Shown in pieces: positions 30,300-47,820 of a DNA stretch of 64,000 nucleotides. The stretch's first letter is position 1. Every line of letters begins with the position of its first letter. The position numbers were made by a program, and so were the translations under genes. Source of the DNA: Eledone cirrhosa. Taxonomy: Eukaryota. Under the pieces are notes generated by a model. The model was not told where the DNA came from. It worked only from the letters and a program-made list of their open reading frames with translations, and ran no database searches. Where the stretch lies: assembly GCA_964016885.1 (NCBI GenBank), contig OZ024764.1, forward strand, positions 10,726,001-10,790,000, read 5' to 3'.

Positions 30300-32679
30300 A
30301 CCAACAGCAACAACAACAACAACACCAACAACACTACCATCACCACCACCACCAACAACAACTACAGCAACAACAACAACACTACCATCACCACCACCAC
30401 CAACAACAACTACAGCAACAACACCAACAACACTACCATCACCACCACCACCAACAACAACTACAGCAACAACACCAACAACACTACCATCACCACCACC
30501 ACCAACAACAACTACAGCAACAACACCAACAACACTACCATCACCACCACCACCAACAACAACTACAGCAACAACACCAACAACACTACCATCACCACCA
30601 CCACCAACAACAACTACAGCAACAACACCAACAACACTACCATCACCACCACCACCAACAACAACTACAGCAACAACACCAAAACACTACCACCACCACC
30701 ACCACCACCACCACCAACAACAACAACACCAACAACACTACCATCACCACCAACAACACTACCATCACCACCACCACCAACAACAACTACAGCAACAACA
30801 CCAACAACACTACCATCACCACCAACAACAACAACACCAACAACAACACCAACAACACTACCATCACCACCAACAACACTACCATCACCACCACCACCAA
30901 CAACAACTACAGCAACAACACCAACAACACTACCATCACCACCAACAACAACAACACCAACAACAACACCAACAACACTACCATCACCACCAACAACACT
31001 ACCATCACCACCACCACCAACAACAACTACAGCAACAACACCAACAACACTACCATCACCACCAACAACAACAACACCAACAACACTACCACCACCACCA
31101 ACAACAACAACACCAACAACACTACCATCACCACCAACAACACTACCATCACCACCACCACCAACAACAACTACAGCAACAACACCAACAACACTACCAT
31201 CACCACCAACAACACTACCATCACCACCACCACCAACAACAACTACAGCAACAACACCAACAACACTACCATCACCACCAACAACACTACCATCACTACC
31301 ACCACCAACAACAACTACAGCAACAACACCAACAACACTACCATCACCACCAACAACACTACCATCACCACCACCACCAACAACAACTACAGCAACAACA
31401 CCAACAACACTACCATCACCACCAACAACACTACCATCACTACCACCACCAACAACAACTACAGCAACAACACCAACAACACTACCATCACCACCAACAA
31501 CACTACCATCACCACCACCACCAACAACAACTACAGCAACAACACCAACAACACTACCATCACCACCAACAACACTACCATCACCACCACCACCAACAAC
31601 AACTACAGCAACAACACCAACAACACTACCATCACCACCAACAACACTACCATCACCACCACCACCAACAACAACTACAGCAACAACACCAACAACACTA
31701 CCATCACCACCAACAACACTACCATCACTACCACCACCAACAACAACTACAGCAACAACACCAACAACACTACCATCACCACCAACAACACTACCATCAC
31801 CACCACCACCAACAACAACTACAGCAACAACACCAACAACACTACCATCACCACCAACAACACTACCATCACCACCACCACAACAACAACTACAGCAACA
31901 ACACCAACAACACTACCATCACCACCAACAACACTACCATCACCACCACCACCAACAACAACTACAGCAACAACACCAACAACACTACCATCACCACCAA
32001 CAACACTACCATCACCACCACCACCAACAACAACTACAGCAACAACACCAACAACACTACCATCACCACCAACAACAACAACACCAACAACACTACCTTC
32101 ACCACCAACAACAACAGCAACAACAACACCAACAACAACAACAATAGTACCACCACCATCAACACCAACAACTACAGCAACAACAACATCAACAACACCA
32201 TCAACAACACCATCACCACCACCAACAACACCAACAACACCAACAACACCATCAACAACAACACCAACAACAACACCACCAACAACAACAACACCATAAC
32301 CACCATCAACAACACTATCACCACCACCCACAACACCACCCACAACACCATCACCACCATCAACAACACCAACAACACCACCAACAACACCAACAACACC
32401 ATCAACAACAACACCATCAACAACACCATCACCACCACCCACAACACCAACAACACCCACAACACCACCCACAACACCAACAACACCATCAACAACAACA
32501 CCATCACCACCATCAACAACACCAACAACACCATCAACAACACCAACAACACCAACACCATAACCACCATCAACAACACCACCACCAACAAACACCATAA
32601 CCACCATCAACAACACCACCACCACCAACAACAACAGTACCATCAACACCCACAATAACACCAACAACAATACCAACAA

Positions 32680-32711
<32 letters not shown>

Positions 32712-32760
32712 CCACCAACACCATCAACACCAACACCAACAACAACGCCAACAACAAAAA
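30300..32760. repeat. CAA/CAC-rich compound minisatellite (51-bp then 72-bp units, degenerating)
   Basis: Recurring ctacagcaacaacaccaacaacactaccatcaccacc core. Confidence 0.9.
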
Positions 32761-32954
32761 CTAAATGCCAACCGGATGTGAAGAAGCCAAATTCAACGGG
32801 ATATTTCTCTCGAAAAATCTATCGGCATTTCAATTTTGGTTAACCCCCTCCCCTTCTTTTAGTTTTTCGATGTACCCCCCCCCCACCCCTCACACACACA
32901 CACACACACACACAAATAGAAATAGATAGATAGATAGATATAATGGCAGTGAGA

Positions 32955-33292
32955 GGAGAAGAAGAAGAAGAAGAAGAAGAAGAAGAAGAAGGCAAAGAAG
33001 AAGAAGGCAAATAATAAGAAGAAGGCAAAGAAGAAGAAGAAGAAAGAAGAAGAAGAAGAAGAAGAAGAAGAAGAAGAAGAAGAAGAAGAAGAAGAAGAAG
33101 AAGAAGAAGAAGAAGAAGAAGAAGAAGAAGAAGAAGAAGAAGAAGAAGAAGGCAAAGAAGAAGAAGGCAAAGAAGAAGAAGAAGAAGAAGAAGAAGAAGA
33201 AGAAGAAGAAGAAGAAGAAGAAGAAGAAGAAGAAGAAGGCAAAGAAGAAGAAGAAGAAGAAGAAGAAGGAGAAGAAGAAGGAGAAGAAGAAG
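32955..33292. repeat. (GAA)n microsatellite
   Basis: Directly visible. Confidence 0.97.
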
Positions 33293-33625
33293 ATGGCGGT
33301 GTGTTAGTGGTATAAGACAGCGTCTACCCGAAATATTTTTCTCATTCGCTTTTCTTTTCGTCTGTGAGAATTCCGCACCGCGTAGAGCAATCTGGCGACT
33401 GAATTCATCATGGGGTAGGCCGGGTATAACGCTATCTTTTGTGTTCAGACGGGTAGGTCGGGTGTAAACCTATCTTTTGTGTTGAAAGGTGATCTAAGAA
33501 ACATCGTATGGCAAAGTTTTTTTCTGTTTTTATATATATTTTGTGTGTTTTAAACAGCATTTAAGGGCGTTCGTTCTTTCGTTTTTCGCTCGTCGGCCAT
33601 CTTTCATCGACACCGGAAGTACATT
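33290..33625. promoter_or_regulatory. CpG-containing unique island with YY1-like and ETS-like motifs
   Basis: aagatggcgg at 33290, ccggaagt at 33613, and a ~36-bp direct repeat gggtagg.cgggt.taa..ctatcttttgtgtt x2; another ETS-like acttccggt at 34383. Confidence 0.3.
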
Positions 33626-33810
33626 CATTATATTGTTATATATATATATAAAAAATGTCTTTAATGCTTCTATGATATTGTCACACCTCCATCACCCCCT
33701 TTCATCATCTTCCTCCCTTCTCTCTCTCTCTCTCTCTTTCTCTTTCTTTCTCGCTCTCATCGCTTTCTCGTCCTCTCACCTCACTCATTGAGGCCACCCC
33801 CCTCTCCACC

Positions 33811-33858
<48 letters not shown>

Positions 33859-34458
33859 TCTTCTCTTCCTCTCATCTCACTCACTGAGGCTTCCTCATTC
33901 CCCTTCCTTTCTCTCTCTCATCCGTTTCTCTTCCTCTCCCCTCACTCACTGAGACTTCCTCCATCTCCTCCTCTCTCTGTCCCTCCCTCTCCCCTTCTCT
34001 TCCTCTCACCTCCCTCACTGAGGCCACCTCCTCTTGCCCCTCTCTCTTTCCCATCGCTTTCTCTTCCTCACACCTCACTCACTGAGGCCGCTTTTACCCC
34101 CCCCCCTCTCTCTCTTCCGCCTTCTCTTCCTCTCAACTCACAATCTGAAGCCCCCCCACATTCTCCTCCCCCCCTCATCTCCATTTTTTCCCCCAAAACC
34201 ACCCTTCCTCTCACCTTCCTCACACCTTCCTCACCACCTAATCCTACCCCTCTCTTAACCATTTTCACCCACGCTCCTCCCCCCATCTCTCTCTCTCTCT
34301 CTATATATTTTTTTCTCTGTTTCTATCTTCACTCACCGAAACCTCATTCTACTCCTCCTTCTCATTTTTCTTCCTTAGTTTAACTTCCGGTTTCTGCAAC
34401 GACCCGCGCAGTGAGGAACAGCCTGCTGGGTTTTTTTATCGGTTTCTGCATGTGTGTG

Positions 34459-34539
<81 letters not shown>

Positions 34540-34652
34540 ATATAGACATATATATATATACACACATATATATATATATACATATATATAATTATATATG
34601 TATATATATATATATACATATATATATAAATATACATATATAATTATATATA

Positions 34653-34704
<52 letters not shown>

Positions 34705-34710
34705 TATAAT

Positions 34711-34742
<32 letters not shown>

Positions 34743-34744
34743 TA

Positions 34745-34788
<44 letters not shown>

Positions 34789-34895
34789 TATATACATATA
34801 TAATTATATATATGTATATATATATATATATACATATATAATTATATATATGTATACATATATATATATACATATATAATTATATATATGTATAC

Positions 34896-34935
<40 letters not shown>

Positions 34936-34988
34936 GCATATATATATATATATACATATATAATTATATATATACATATATAATTATA

Positions 34989-35028
<40 letters not shown>

Positions 35029-35036
35029 TAATTATA

Positions 35037-35106
<70 letters not shown>

Positions 35107-35343
35107 TAATTATATATATGTATATATATATACATATATATATATTATATATATATAAATATATATATATATATGTATATACATGCATACATAGACATAT
35201 ATATATATATACCTATACATACATATATATATATATAATATATATATATTCAAATACATTCTGTAGAAAACAAAGTTACATAGATTGCATATATAGAAGA
35301 ATATGTAAAATATATATACATCAATCAGAAAGGTGGTGCAGGA

Positions 35344-35419
<76 letters not shown>

Positions 35420-35696
35420 TCATAGTTGGGCGAGGCAGGTGTATAACATCCTTCCTGAAATATTCTCAGTTATTTGGAATGGATACAATCTTATATATAT
35501 ATAAATATATATATACACACATATGTAATTACGATATTACACAACATTGAGTTGGCTACCGGTTGGTTTCACACTTGAACAGCTCAGTTTCTTTTTATAT
35601 GATATATCTTTACAACTGTTCTGTAAATTTCCTGTTCTGAGAAATTAATACAATATACACCAAATTCATACATACACCAACACGTACACACACACC

Positions 35697-35755
<59 letters not shown>

Positions 35756-35765
35756 ATATATGCAA

Positions 35766-35796
<31 letters not shown>

Positions 35797-35842
35797 ATAA
35801 ATAAATAACAAAGAACGCTTATAGCATATGCATATCTTTACT

Positions 35843-35888
35843 TGCTAACATTGTTTCATCCGCACTATAAGTGGAACTCATCAGAGCA
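35843..35888 (-). ncRNA. Minimal type I hammerhead motif
   Basis: Minus strand: tgct-CTGATGA-gttccacttatagtgcggat-GAAAC-aat-GTT-agca; stem I tgct/agca, imperfect stem II. Confidence 0.7.
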
Positions 35889-36478
35889 TAAAGGTTAATT
35901 ACATACCATACAAGCAATAACAAATCCAAGACATTGAAGAATGAAAGGTAATAATAGACGATAGAGGATAAGAATAAAAATAAAAATAAAAGTAAAAATA
36001 AAAATAAAAATAAAAATAAGGGGTGCTATCAGTCACAGTTGGGCGGGGTGCTGTCAACATATAGTTACATACAAGCATGCACATGGATAAGAGTACAGAC
36101 AAGAGTAGACACATGGATAAGAGAACAGACAAGAGTAGATAAGATAATGGGATTAGGTAAGAGTAGGTAAAAAATAGGTAAAAAATAGGTGAAAAACAGA
36201 CTTATAATATATATAAAAAGAAATACAAAGAAATACATAACAAACTTACATATAAAAAATAAAAAATAAAATATAGGGTAAGGAATGAGATAAAATAATA
36301 TAAAATTAAAAATTAAAAATTATATACATAGAACATAATATAGTATAATCGTAAAATAAGATAAAATAAGGTAAACTAAAATCAAATAACATAGACTAAA
36401 TTAAAATAATATAATATAAGATATAATTAAATGTATAATTAAATGTAATTAAATGTAATTAAATAAAATAAAATAAAA

Positions 36479-36521
<43 letters not shown>

Positions 36522-36610
36522 AAATTAAAAATTAAATAAATAAATAAAATTAAAATTTAAATTTTAAAATTTTAAAATTTCAAAATTAAAATTAAAATTA
36601 AAATTTAAAT

Positions 36611-36662
<52 letters not shown>

Positions 36663-36884
36663 ATGGAGTCAAGTAAGTAAATAAATAAAATTAGATAACA
36701 TGAAATGAAATAAAATGAAATAAAGTAAATTGAGATAAGATATATATTTATTTAGAATATATCTCTTGAATATATCAGGGGCCCACGAAGGCAGTAAATG
36801 TCACAGTTATATGTATCACTTGACCAATTTAAAAAAAAAAAAATATATATATATATGTACACACACATATACATATATACATAC

Positions 36885-36920
<36 letters not shown>

Positions 36921-37163
36921 GTATGTATATGTATATATATATATATGTATATATATGTATATATATATATATATATATAAATATATATTTATTTATATAT
37001 ATGTATATATATGTATGTTTATTTATATATACATATATATATATATAAATATACATATATATATAAATATACATATATATATATATATGCATATATATAT
37101 ATACACACACATATATATATATATACATACATATATATATATATACATATATATATATGTATG

Positions 37164-37205
<42 letters not shown>

Positions 37206-37429
37206 TTTATTTATTAATTATATGTATATATATGTATGTATATTTATTTATATATACATATATATATACATGTGTGTGTGTATATATATATGTGTGTGAG
37301 TCTATATAAGTACACAGAACTCTGTCTATCAACTAAAAACTTGTTTGTAGAAAGACAATGATTTATCCCCCCCCCTCCTACTTTTTAACAGCTACATCTC
37401 TTACTTCTCCTCTTGACATTTCAACACCT

Positions 37430-40400
37430 CCACCAACACAACAACACTAATACCATCACCATCACCATCACAACAATACTAATACCATCACCATCACCAT
37501 CACCATCACCATCACCAACACAACAACACTAATACCATCACCATCACAACAACACTAATACCATCACCAATACAACAACACTAATACCATCACCATCACC
37601 ATCACAACAACACTAATACCATCACCATCACCATCACCAACACAACAACACTAATACCATCACCATCACCATCACAACAACACTAATACCATCACCAATA
37701 CAACAACACTAATACCATCACCATCACCATCACAACAATACTAATACCATCACCATCACCATCACCATCACCATCACCAACACAACAACACTAATACCAT
37801 CACCATCACAACAACACTAATACCATCACCAATACAACAACACTAATACCATCACCATCACCATCACAACAACACTAATACCATCACCATCACCATCACC
37901 AACACAACAACACTAATACCATCACCATCACCATCACAACAACACTAATACCATCACCAATACAACAACACTAATACCATCACCATCACCATCACAACAA
38001 CACTAATACCATCACCATCACCATCACCAACACAACAACACTAATACCATCACCATCACCATCACAACAACACTAATACCATCACCATCACCATCACCAT
38101 CACCAACACAACAACACTAATACCATCACCAACACAACAACACTAATACCATCACCATCACCAACACAACAACACTAATACCATCACCAACACAACAACA
38201 CTAATACCATCACCATCACCAACACAACAACACTAATACCATCACCATCACCATCACAACAACACTAATACCATCACCATCACCATCACCATCACCAACA
38301 CAACAACACTAATACCATCACCAACACAACAACACTAATACCATCACCATCACCAACACAACAACACTAATACCATCACCAACACAACAACACTAATACC
38401 ATCACCAACACAACAACACTAATACCATCACCAACACAACAACACTAATACCATCACCATCACCATCACAACAACACTAATACCATCACCATCACCATCA
38501 CCATCACCAACACAACAACACTAATACCATCACCAACACAACAACACTAATACCATCACCATCACCAACACAACAACACTAATACCATCACCATCACCAA
38601 CACAACAACACTAATACCATCACCAACACAACAACACTAATACCATCACCATCACCAACACAACAACACTAATACCATCACCAACACAACAACACTAATA
38701 CCATCACCATCACCAACACAACAACACTAATACCATCACCAACACAACAACACTAATACCATCACCATCACCAACACAACAACACTAATACCATCACCAA
38801 CACAACAACACTAATACCATCACCATCACCAACACAACAACACTAATACCATCACCAACACAACAACACTAATACCATCACCATCACCAACACAACAACA
38901 CTAATACCATCACCAACACAACAACACTAATACCATCACCATCACCAACACAACAACACTAATACCATCACCAACACAACAACACTAATACCATCACCAT
39001 CACCAACACAACAACACTAATACCATCACCATCACCAACACAACAACACTAATACCATCACCAACACAACAACACTAATACCATCACCATCACCAACACA
39101 ACAACACTAATACCATCACCATCACCAACACAACAACACTAATACCATCACCAACACAACAACACTAATACCATCACCATCACCAACACAACAACACTAA
39201 TACCATCACCATCACCAACACAACAACACTAATACCATCACCAACACAACAACACTAATACCATCACCATCACCAACACAACAACACTAATACCATCACC
39301 AACACAACAACACTAATACCATCACCATCACCAACACAACAACACTAATACCATCACCAACACAACAACACTAATACCATCACCATCACCAACACAACAA
39401 CACTAATACCATCACCATCACCAACACAACAACACTAATACCATCACCAACACAACAACACTAATACCATCACCATCACCAACACAACAACACTAATACC
39501 ATCACCATCACCAACACAACAACACTAATACCATCACCAACACAACAACACTAATACCATCACCATCACCAACACAACAACACTAATACCATCACCAACA
39601 CAACAACACTAATACCATCACCATCACCAACACAACAACACTAATACCATCACCAACACAACAACACTAATACCATCACCATCACCAACACAACAACACT
39701 AATACCATCACCATCACCAACACAACAACACTAATACCATCACCATCACCAACACAACAACACTAATACCATCACCAACACAACAACACTAATACCATCA
39801 CCAACACAACAACACTAATACCATCACCATCACCAACACAACAACACTAATACCATCACCATCACCAACACAACAACACTAATACCATCACCAACACAAC
39901 AACACTAATACCATCACCATCACCAACACAACAACACTAATACCATCACCAACACAACAACACTAATACCATCACCAACACAACAACACTAATACCATCA
40001 CCAACACAACAACACTAATACCATCACCATCACCAACACAACAACACTAATACCATCACCATCACCAACACAACAACACTAATACCATCACCAACACAAC
40101 AACACTAATACCATCACCAACACAACAACACTAATACCATCACCATCACCAACACAACAACACTAATACCATCACCAACACAACAACACTAATACCATCA
40201 CCATCACCATCACAACAACACTAATACCATCACCATCACCAACACAACAACACTAATACCATCACCAACACAACAACACTAATACCATCACCAACACAAC
40301 AACACTAATACCATCACCAACACAACAACACTAATACCATCACCAACACAACAACACTAATACCATCACCATCACCAACACAACAACACTAATACCATCA

Positions 40401-43400
40401 CCATCACCAACACAACAACACTAATACCATCACCAACACAACAACACTAATACCATCACCAACACAACAACACTAATACCATCACCATCACCAACACAAC
40501 AACACTAATACCATCACCATCACCATCACAACAACACTAATACCATCACCATCACCAACACAACAACACTAATACCATCACCATCACCAACACAACAACA
40601 CTAATACCATCACCATCACCAACACAACAACACTAATACCATCACCAACACAACAACACTAATACCATCACCATCACCAACACAACAACACTAATACCAT
40701 CACCATCACCAACACAACAACACTAATACCATCACCAACACAACAACACTAATACCATCACCATCACCAACACAACAACACTAATACCATCACCATCACC
40801 ACACAACAACACTAATACCATCACCATCACCAACACAACAACACTAATACCATCACCAACACAACAACACTAATACCATCACCATCACCATCACAACAAC
40901 ACTAATACCATCACCATCACCATCACAACAACACTAATACCATCACCATCACCATCACAACAACACTAATACCATCACCATCACCAACACAACAACACTA
41001 ATACCATCACCATCACCAACACAACAACACTAATACCATCACCAACACAACAACACTAATACCATCACCAACACAACAACACTAATACCATCACCATCAC
41101 CAACACAACAACACTAATACCATCACCATCACCATCACAACAACACTAATACCATCACCATCACCAACACAACAACACTAATACCATCACCAACACAACA
41201 ACACTAATACCATCACCAACACAACAACACTAATACCATCACCATCACCAACACAACAACACTAATACCATCACCATCACCATCACAACAACACTAATAC
41301 CATCACCATCACCATCACAACAACACTAATACCATCACCATCACCATCACAACAACACTAATACCATCACCATCACCAACACAACAACACTAATACCATC
41401 ACCATCACCATCACCATCACCAACACAACAACACTAATACCATCACCATCACCAACACAACAACACTAATACCATCACCATCACCATCACAACAACACTA
41501 ATACCATCACCATCACCATCACAACAACACTAATACCATCACCATCACCAACACAACACTAATACCATCACCATCACCAACACAACAACACTAATACCAT
41601 CACCATCACCAACACAACAACACTAATACCATCACCATCACCAACACAACACTAATACCATCACCAACACAACAACACTAATACCATCACCATCACAACA
41701 ACACTAATACCATCACCATCACCATCACCAACACAACAACACTAATACCGTCACCATCACCAACACAACAACACTAATACCATCACCAACACAACAACAC
41801 TAATACCATCACCAACACAACAACACTAATACCATCACCATCACCATCACAACAACACTAATACCATCACCATCACCAACACAACACTAATACCATCACC
41901 ATCACCAACACAACAACACTAATACCATCACCATCACCATCACAACAACACTAATACCATCACCATCACCATCACAACAACACTAATACCATCACCATCA
42001 CCAACACAACACTAATACCATCACCATCACCATCACAACAACACTAATACCATCACCATCACCAACACAACAACACTAATACCATCACCATCACCAACAC
42101 AACAACACTAATACCATCACCAACACAACAACACTAATACCATCACCAACACAACAACACTAATACCATCACCATCACCAACACAACAACACTAATACCA
42201 TCACCATCACCAACACAACAACACTAATACCATCACCATCACCAACACAACAACACTAATACCATCACCAACACAACAACACTAATACCATCACCATCAC
42301 CAACACAACAACACTAATACCATCACCATCACCACACAACAACACTAATACCATCACCATCACCAACACAACAACACTAATACCATCACCATCACCAACA
42401 CAACAACACTAATACCATCACCATCACCAACACAACAACACTAATACCATCACCATCACCAACACAACAACACTAATACCATCACCATCACCAACACAAC
42501 AACACTAATACCATCACCAACACAACAACACTAATACCATCACCATCACCAACACAACAACACTAATACCATCACCATCACCATCACAACAACACTAATA
42601 CCATCACCATCACCAACACAACAACACTAATACCATCACCATCACCAACACAACAACACTAATACCATCACCATCACCAACACAACAACACTAATACCAT
42701 CACCATCACCAACACAACAACACTAATACCATCACCATCACCAACACAACAACACTAATACCATCACCAACACCACACAACAACACTAATACCATCACCA
42801 TCACCAACACAACAACACTAATACCATCACCATCACCAATACAACAACACTAATACCATCACCAACACAACAACACTAATACCATCACCATCACCAACAC
42901 AACAACACTAATACCATCACCATCACCAATACAACAACACTAATACCATCACCATCACCAACACAACAATCACCATCACCAACACAACAACACTAATACC
43001 ATCACCAACACAACAACACTAATACCATCACCATCACCAACACAACAACACTAATACCATCACCATCACCACACAACAACACTAATACCATCACCATCAC
43101 CAACACAACAACACTAATACCATCACCATCACCAACACAACAACACTAATACCATCACCAACACAACAACACTAATACCATCACCATCACCAACACAACA
43201 ACACTAATACCATCACCACCACACAACAACACTAATACCATCACCAACACCAACACAACAACACTAATACCATCACCAACACAACAACACTAATACCATC
43301 ACCAACACAACAACACTAATACCATCACCATCACCAACACAACAACACTAATACCATCACCATCACCAACACAACAACACTAATACCATCACCAACACAA

Positions 43401-46400
43401 CAACACTAATACCATCACCATCACCAACACAACAACACTAATACCATCACCATCACCAACACAACAACACTAATACCATCACCATCACCAACACAACAAC
43501 ACTAATACCATCACCATCACCAACACAACAACACTAATACCATCACCAACACACAACAACACTAATACCATCACCATCACCAACACAACAACACTAATAC
43601 CATCACCATCACCAACACAACAACACTAATACCATCACCAACACCAACACAACAACACTAATACCATCACCCATCACCAACACAACAACACTAATACCAT
43701 CACCATCACCAACACAACAACACTAATACCATCACCAACACAACAACACTAATACCATCACCCTCACCAACACAACAACACTAATACCATCACCAACACC
43801 AACCCACAACCACTAATACCATCACCAACACCACCACACAACACTAATACCAACACCATCCCCACACAACAACACAAAACCCATCCACCAACACAACAAC
43901 ACTAAACCATCACCATCACCAACACAACAACACTAAAACCAACACCAACACCACACAACAACACAAATACCATCACCATCACCAACACAACAACACTAAT
44001 ACCATCACCATCACCAACACAACAACACTAATACCATCACCAACACAACAACACTAATACCATCACCATCACCAACACAACAACACTAATACCATCACCA
44101 TCACCAACACAACAACACTAATACCATCACCAACACAACAACACTAATACCATCACCATCACCAACACAACAACACTAATACCATCACCACACCACACAA
44201 CAACACTAATACCATCACCATCACCAACACAACAACACTAATACCATCACCCACACCAACACAACAACACTAAACCATCACCACCACAACAACACTAATA
44301 CCATCACCATCACCAACACAACAAACCTCACCAACACCACCCCCCCCAACCACCCACCACCCACACCACCACCAACCCACACCACCAACCCACACCCACC
44401 CAACACCAACAACACAACCACCCACCCACACCAACCACACAACACTAAACCATCACCAACACAACAACACTAAAACCATCACCAACACCACACAACAACA
44501 CAAAAACCATCACCCACCCCCACACCAACACACACCACACCATCCCCCAACACAACACACCTAATACCATCACCATCACCAACACAACCAACACTAATAC
44601 CCACACCATCACCACACCACCCCACACCAACCCACCCACCAACACAACAACACTAATACCATCACCATCACCAACACAACACTAATACCATCACCATCAC
44701 CACCACCAACAACACTAATACCATCACCAACACAACAACACTAAACCATCACCACCCCCCACCCCACAACACTAACCATCACCAACACAACAACACTAAA
44801 CCACCACCCCCCCACCCACAACACTCACCATCACCATCACCAACACAACAACACTAATACCATCACCAACACAACAACACTAATACCATCACCATCACCA
44901 ACACAACAACACTAATACCATCACCAACACAACAACACTAATACCATCACCATCACCAACACAACAACACTAATACCATCACCAACACAACAACACTAAT
45001 ACCATCACCAACACAACAACACTAATACCATCACCATCACCAACACAACAACACTAATACCATCACCAACACAACAACACTAATACCATCACCATCACCA
45101 ACACAACAACACTAATACCATCACCAAAACAACAACACTAATACCATCACCAACACAACAACACTAATACCATCACCATCACCAACACAACAACACTAAT
45201 ACCATCACCAACACCAACACAACAACACTAATACCATCACCATCACCAACACAACAACACTAATACCATCACCAACACAACAACACTAATACCATCACCA
45301 TCACCAACACAACAACACTAATACCATCACCATCACCAATACAACAACACTAATACCATCACCAACACAACAACACTAATACCATCACCATCACCAATAC
45401 AACAACACTAATACCATCACCATCACCAACACAACAACACTAATACCATCACCATCACAACAACACTAATACCATCACCATCACCATCACCATCACCAAC
45501 ACAACAACACTAATACCATCACCAACACAACAACACTAATACCATCACCATCACCAACACAACAACACTAATACCATCACCATCACCATCACCATCACCA
45601 ACACAACAACACTAATACCATCACCAACACAACAACACTAATACCATCACCATCACCAACACAACAACACTAATACCATCACCAACACAACAACACTAAT
45701 ACCATCACCATCACCATCACCATCACCAACACAACAACACTAATACCATCACCAACACAACAACACTAATACCATCACCATCACCAACACAACAACACTA
45801 ATACCATCACCATCACCATCACCATCACCAACACAACAACACTAATACCATCACCAACACAACAACACTAATACCATCACCATCACCAACACAACAACAC
45901 TAATACCATCACCAACACAACAACACTAATACCATCACCATCACCAACACAACAACACTAATACCATCACCATCACCAACACAACAACACTAATACCATC
46001 ACCAACACCAACACAACAACACTAATACCATCACCATCACCAACACAACAACACTAATACCATCACCAACACAACAACACTAATACCATCACCATCACCA
46101 ACACAACAACACTAATACCATCACCATCACCAATACAACAACACTAATACCATCACCAACACAACAACACTAATACCATCACCATCACCAACACAACAAC
46201 ACTAATACCATCACCAACACAACAACACTAATACCATCACCATCACCAACACAACAACACTAATACCATCACCAACACAACAACACTAATACCATCACCA
46301 TCACCAACACAACAACACTAATACCATCACCATCACAACAACACTAATACCATCACCATCACAACAACACTAATACCATCACCATCACCAACACAACAAC

Positions 46401-47120
46401 ACTAATACCATCACCATCACCAACACAACAACACTAATACCATCACCATCACAACAACACTAATACCATCACCATCACAACAACACTAATACCATCACCA
46501 TCACCAACACAACAACACTAATACCATCACCATCACCAACACAACAACACTAATACCATCACCATCACAACAACACTAATACCATCACCATCACAACAAC
46601 ACTAATACCATCACCAACACAACAACACTAATACCATCACCATCACAACAACACTAATACCATCACCATCACCAACACAACAACACTAATACCATCACCA
46701 TCACCAACACAACAACACTAATACCATCACCATCACCAACACAACAACACTAATACCATCACCATCACAACAACACTAATACCATCACCATCACCAACAC
46801 AACAACACTAATACCATCACCATCACCAACACAACAACACTAATACCATCACCATCACAACAACACTAATACCATCACCATCACCAACACAACAACACTA
46901 ATACCATCACCATCACCAACACAACAACACTAATACCATCACCATCACAACAACACTAATACCATCACCATCACCAACACAACAACACTAATACCATCAC
47001 CATCACCATCACCAACACAACAACACTAATACCATCACCATCACCAACACAACAACACTAATACCATCACCATCACCATCACCAACACAACAACACTAAT
47101 ACCATCACCAACACAACAAC
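37430..47120. repeat. ~9.7-kb satellite, unit caacacaacaacactaatac(catcac)1-4
   Basis: Hundreds of 26/32/38-bp units differing by hexamer number; degraded C-rich patch at about 43660-44830. Confidence 0.98.
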
Positions 47121-47406
47121 GCCATCACAACACCACCATCAGCAACACTAACAACACCAAAAATACTACGTCCAGCGCCACTCCCACCACCACCACCACC
47201 ACAGACAATACATGGAATTCTGGGAAGGTCTAGAAGAGAGAGAGAGGGGGGGGGGGGTATAGTGAAGGAGGAACTCTGCAAGAATTTGATATTGGTAGAA
47301 TGAGAGAATGACACTTGTATAGTTTCTGCTGTTATGTGATACCACTGTAGATATATATATACCACTCGATATATATATGTGTGTGAGTGTGTGTATATGT
47401 GTGTGT

Positions 47407-47449
<43 letters not shown>

Positions 47450-47577
47450 TATATATATAAATATATAAATATATACACGTATATATACATATATATACAC
47501 ATACACATATATATATATATATATATACATATGTATATATATATATGTATATGTATATATATACGTGTATATGTATG

Positions 47578-47613
<36 letters not shown>

Positions 47614-47752
47614 TATGTATTTATACATATATATATACATTAACACACACATATACACGCATATATATACTCATGCACACATACACTATGTACATATACA
47701 TATATATATATATACATATATATATGTATATATATACATATGTACACACACA

Positions 47753-47802
<50 letters not shown>

Positions 47803-47820
47803 AAAGTTCTATTTTAAAAG

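Noticed and set aside
30252-32147. 631-aa mucin/extensin-like protein
   Set aside because: It is a CAA/CAC minisatellite that drifts between reading registers (N/T, then P/T, then Q/H), with no recognisable domain; not supportable as a CDS without expression data.
37430-47120. Telomeric or interstitial telomere array
   Set aside because: The unit is not TTAGGG-like; it is a 26-38-bp satellite.
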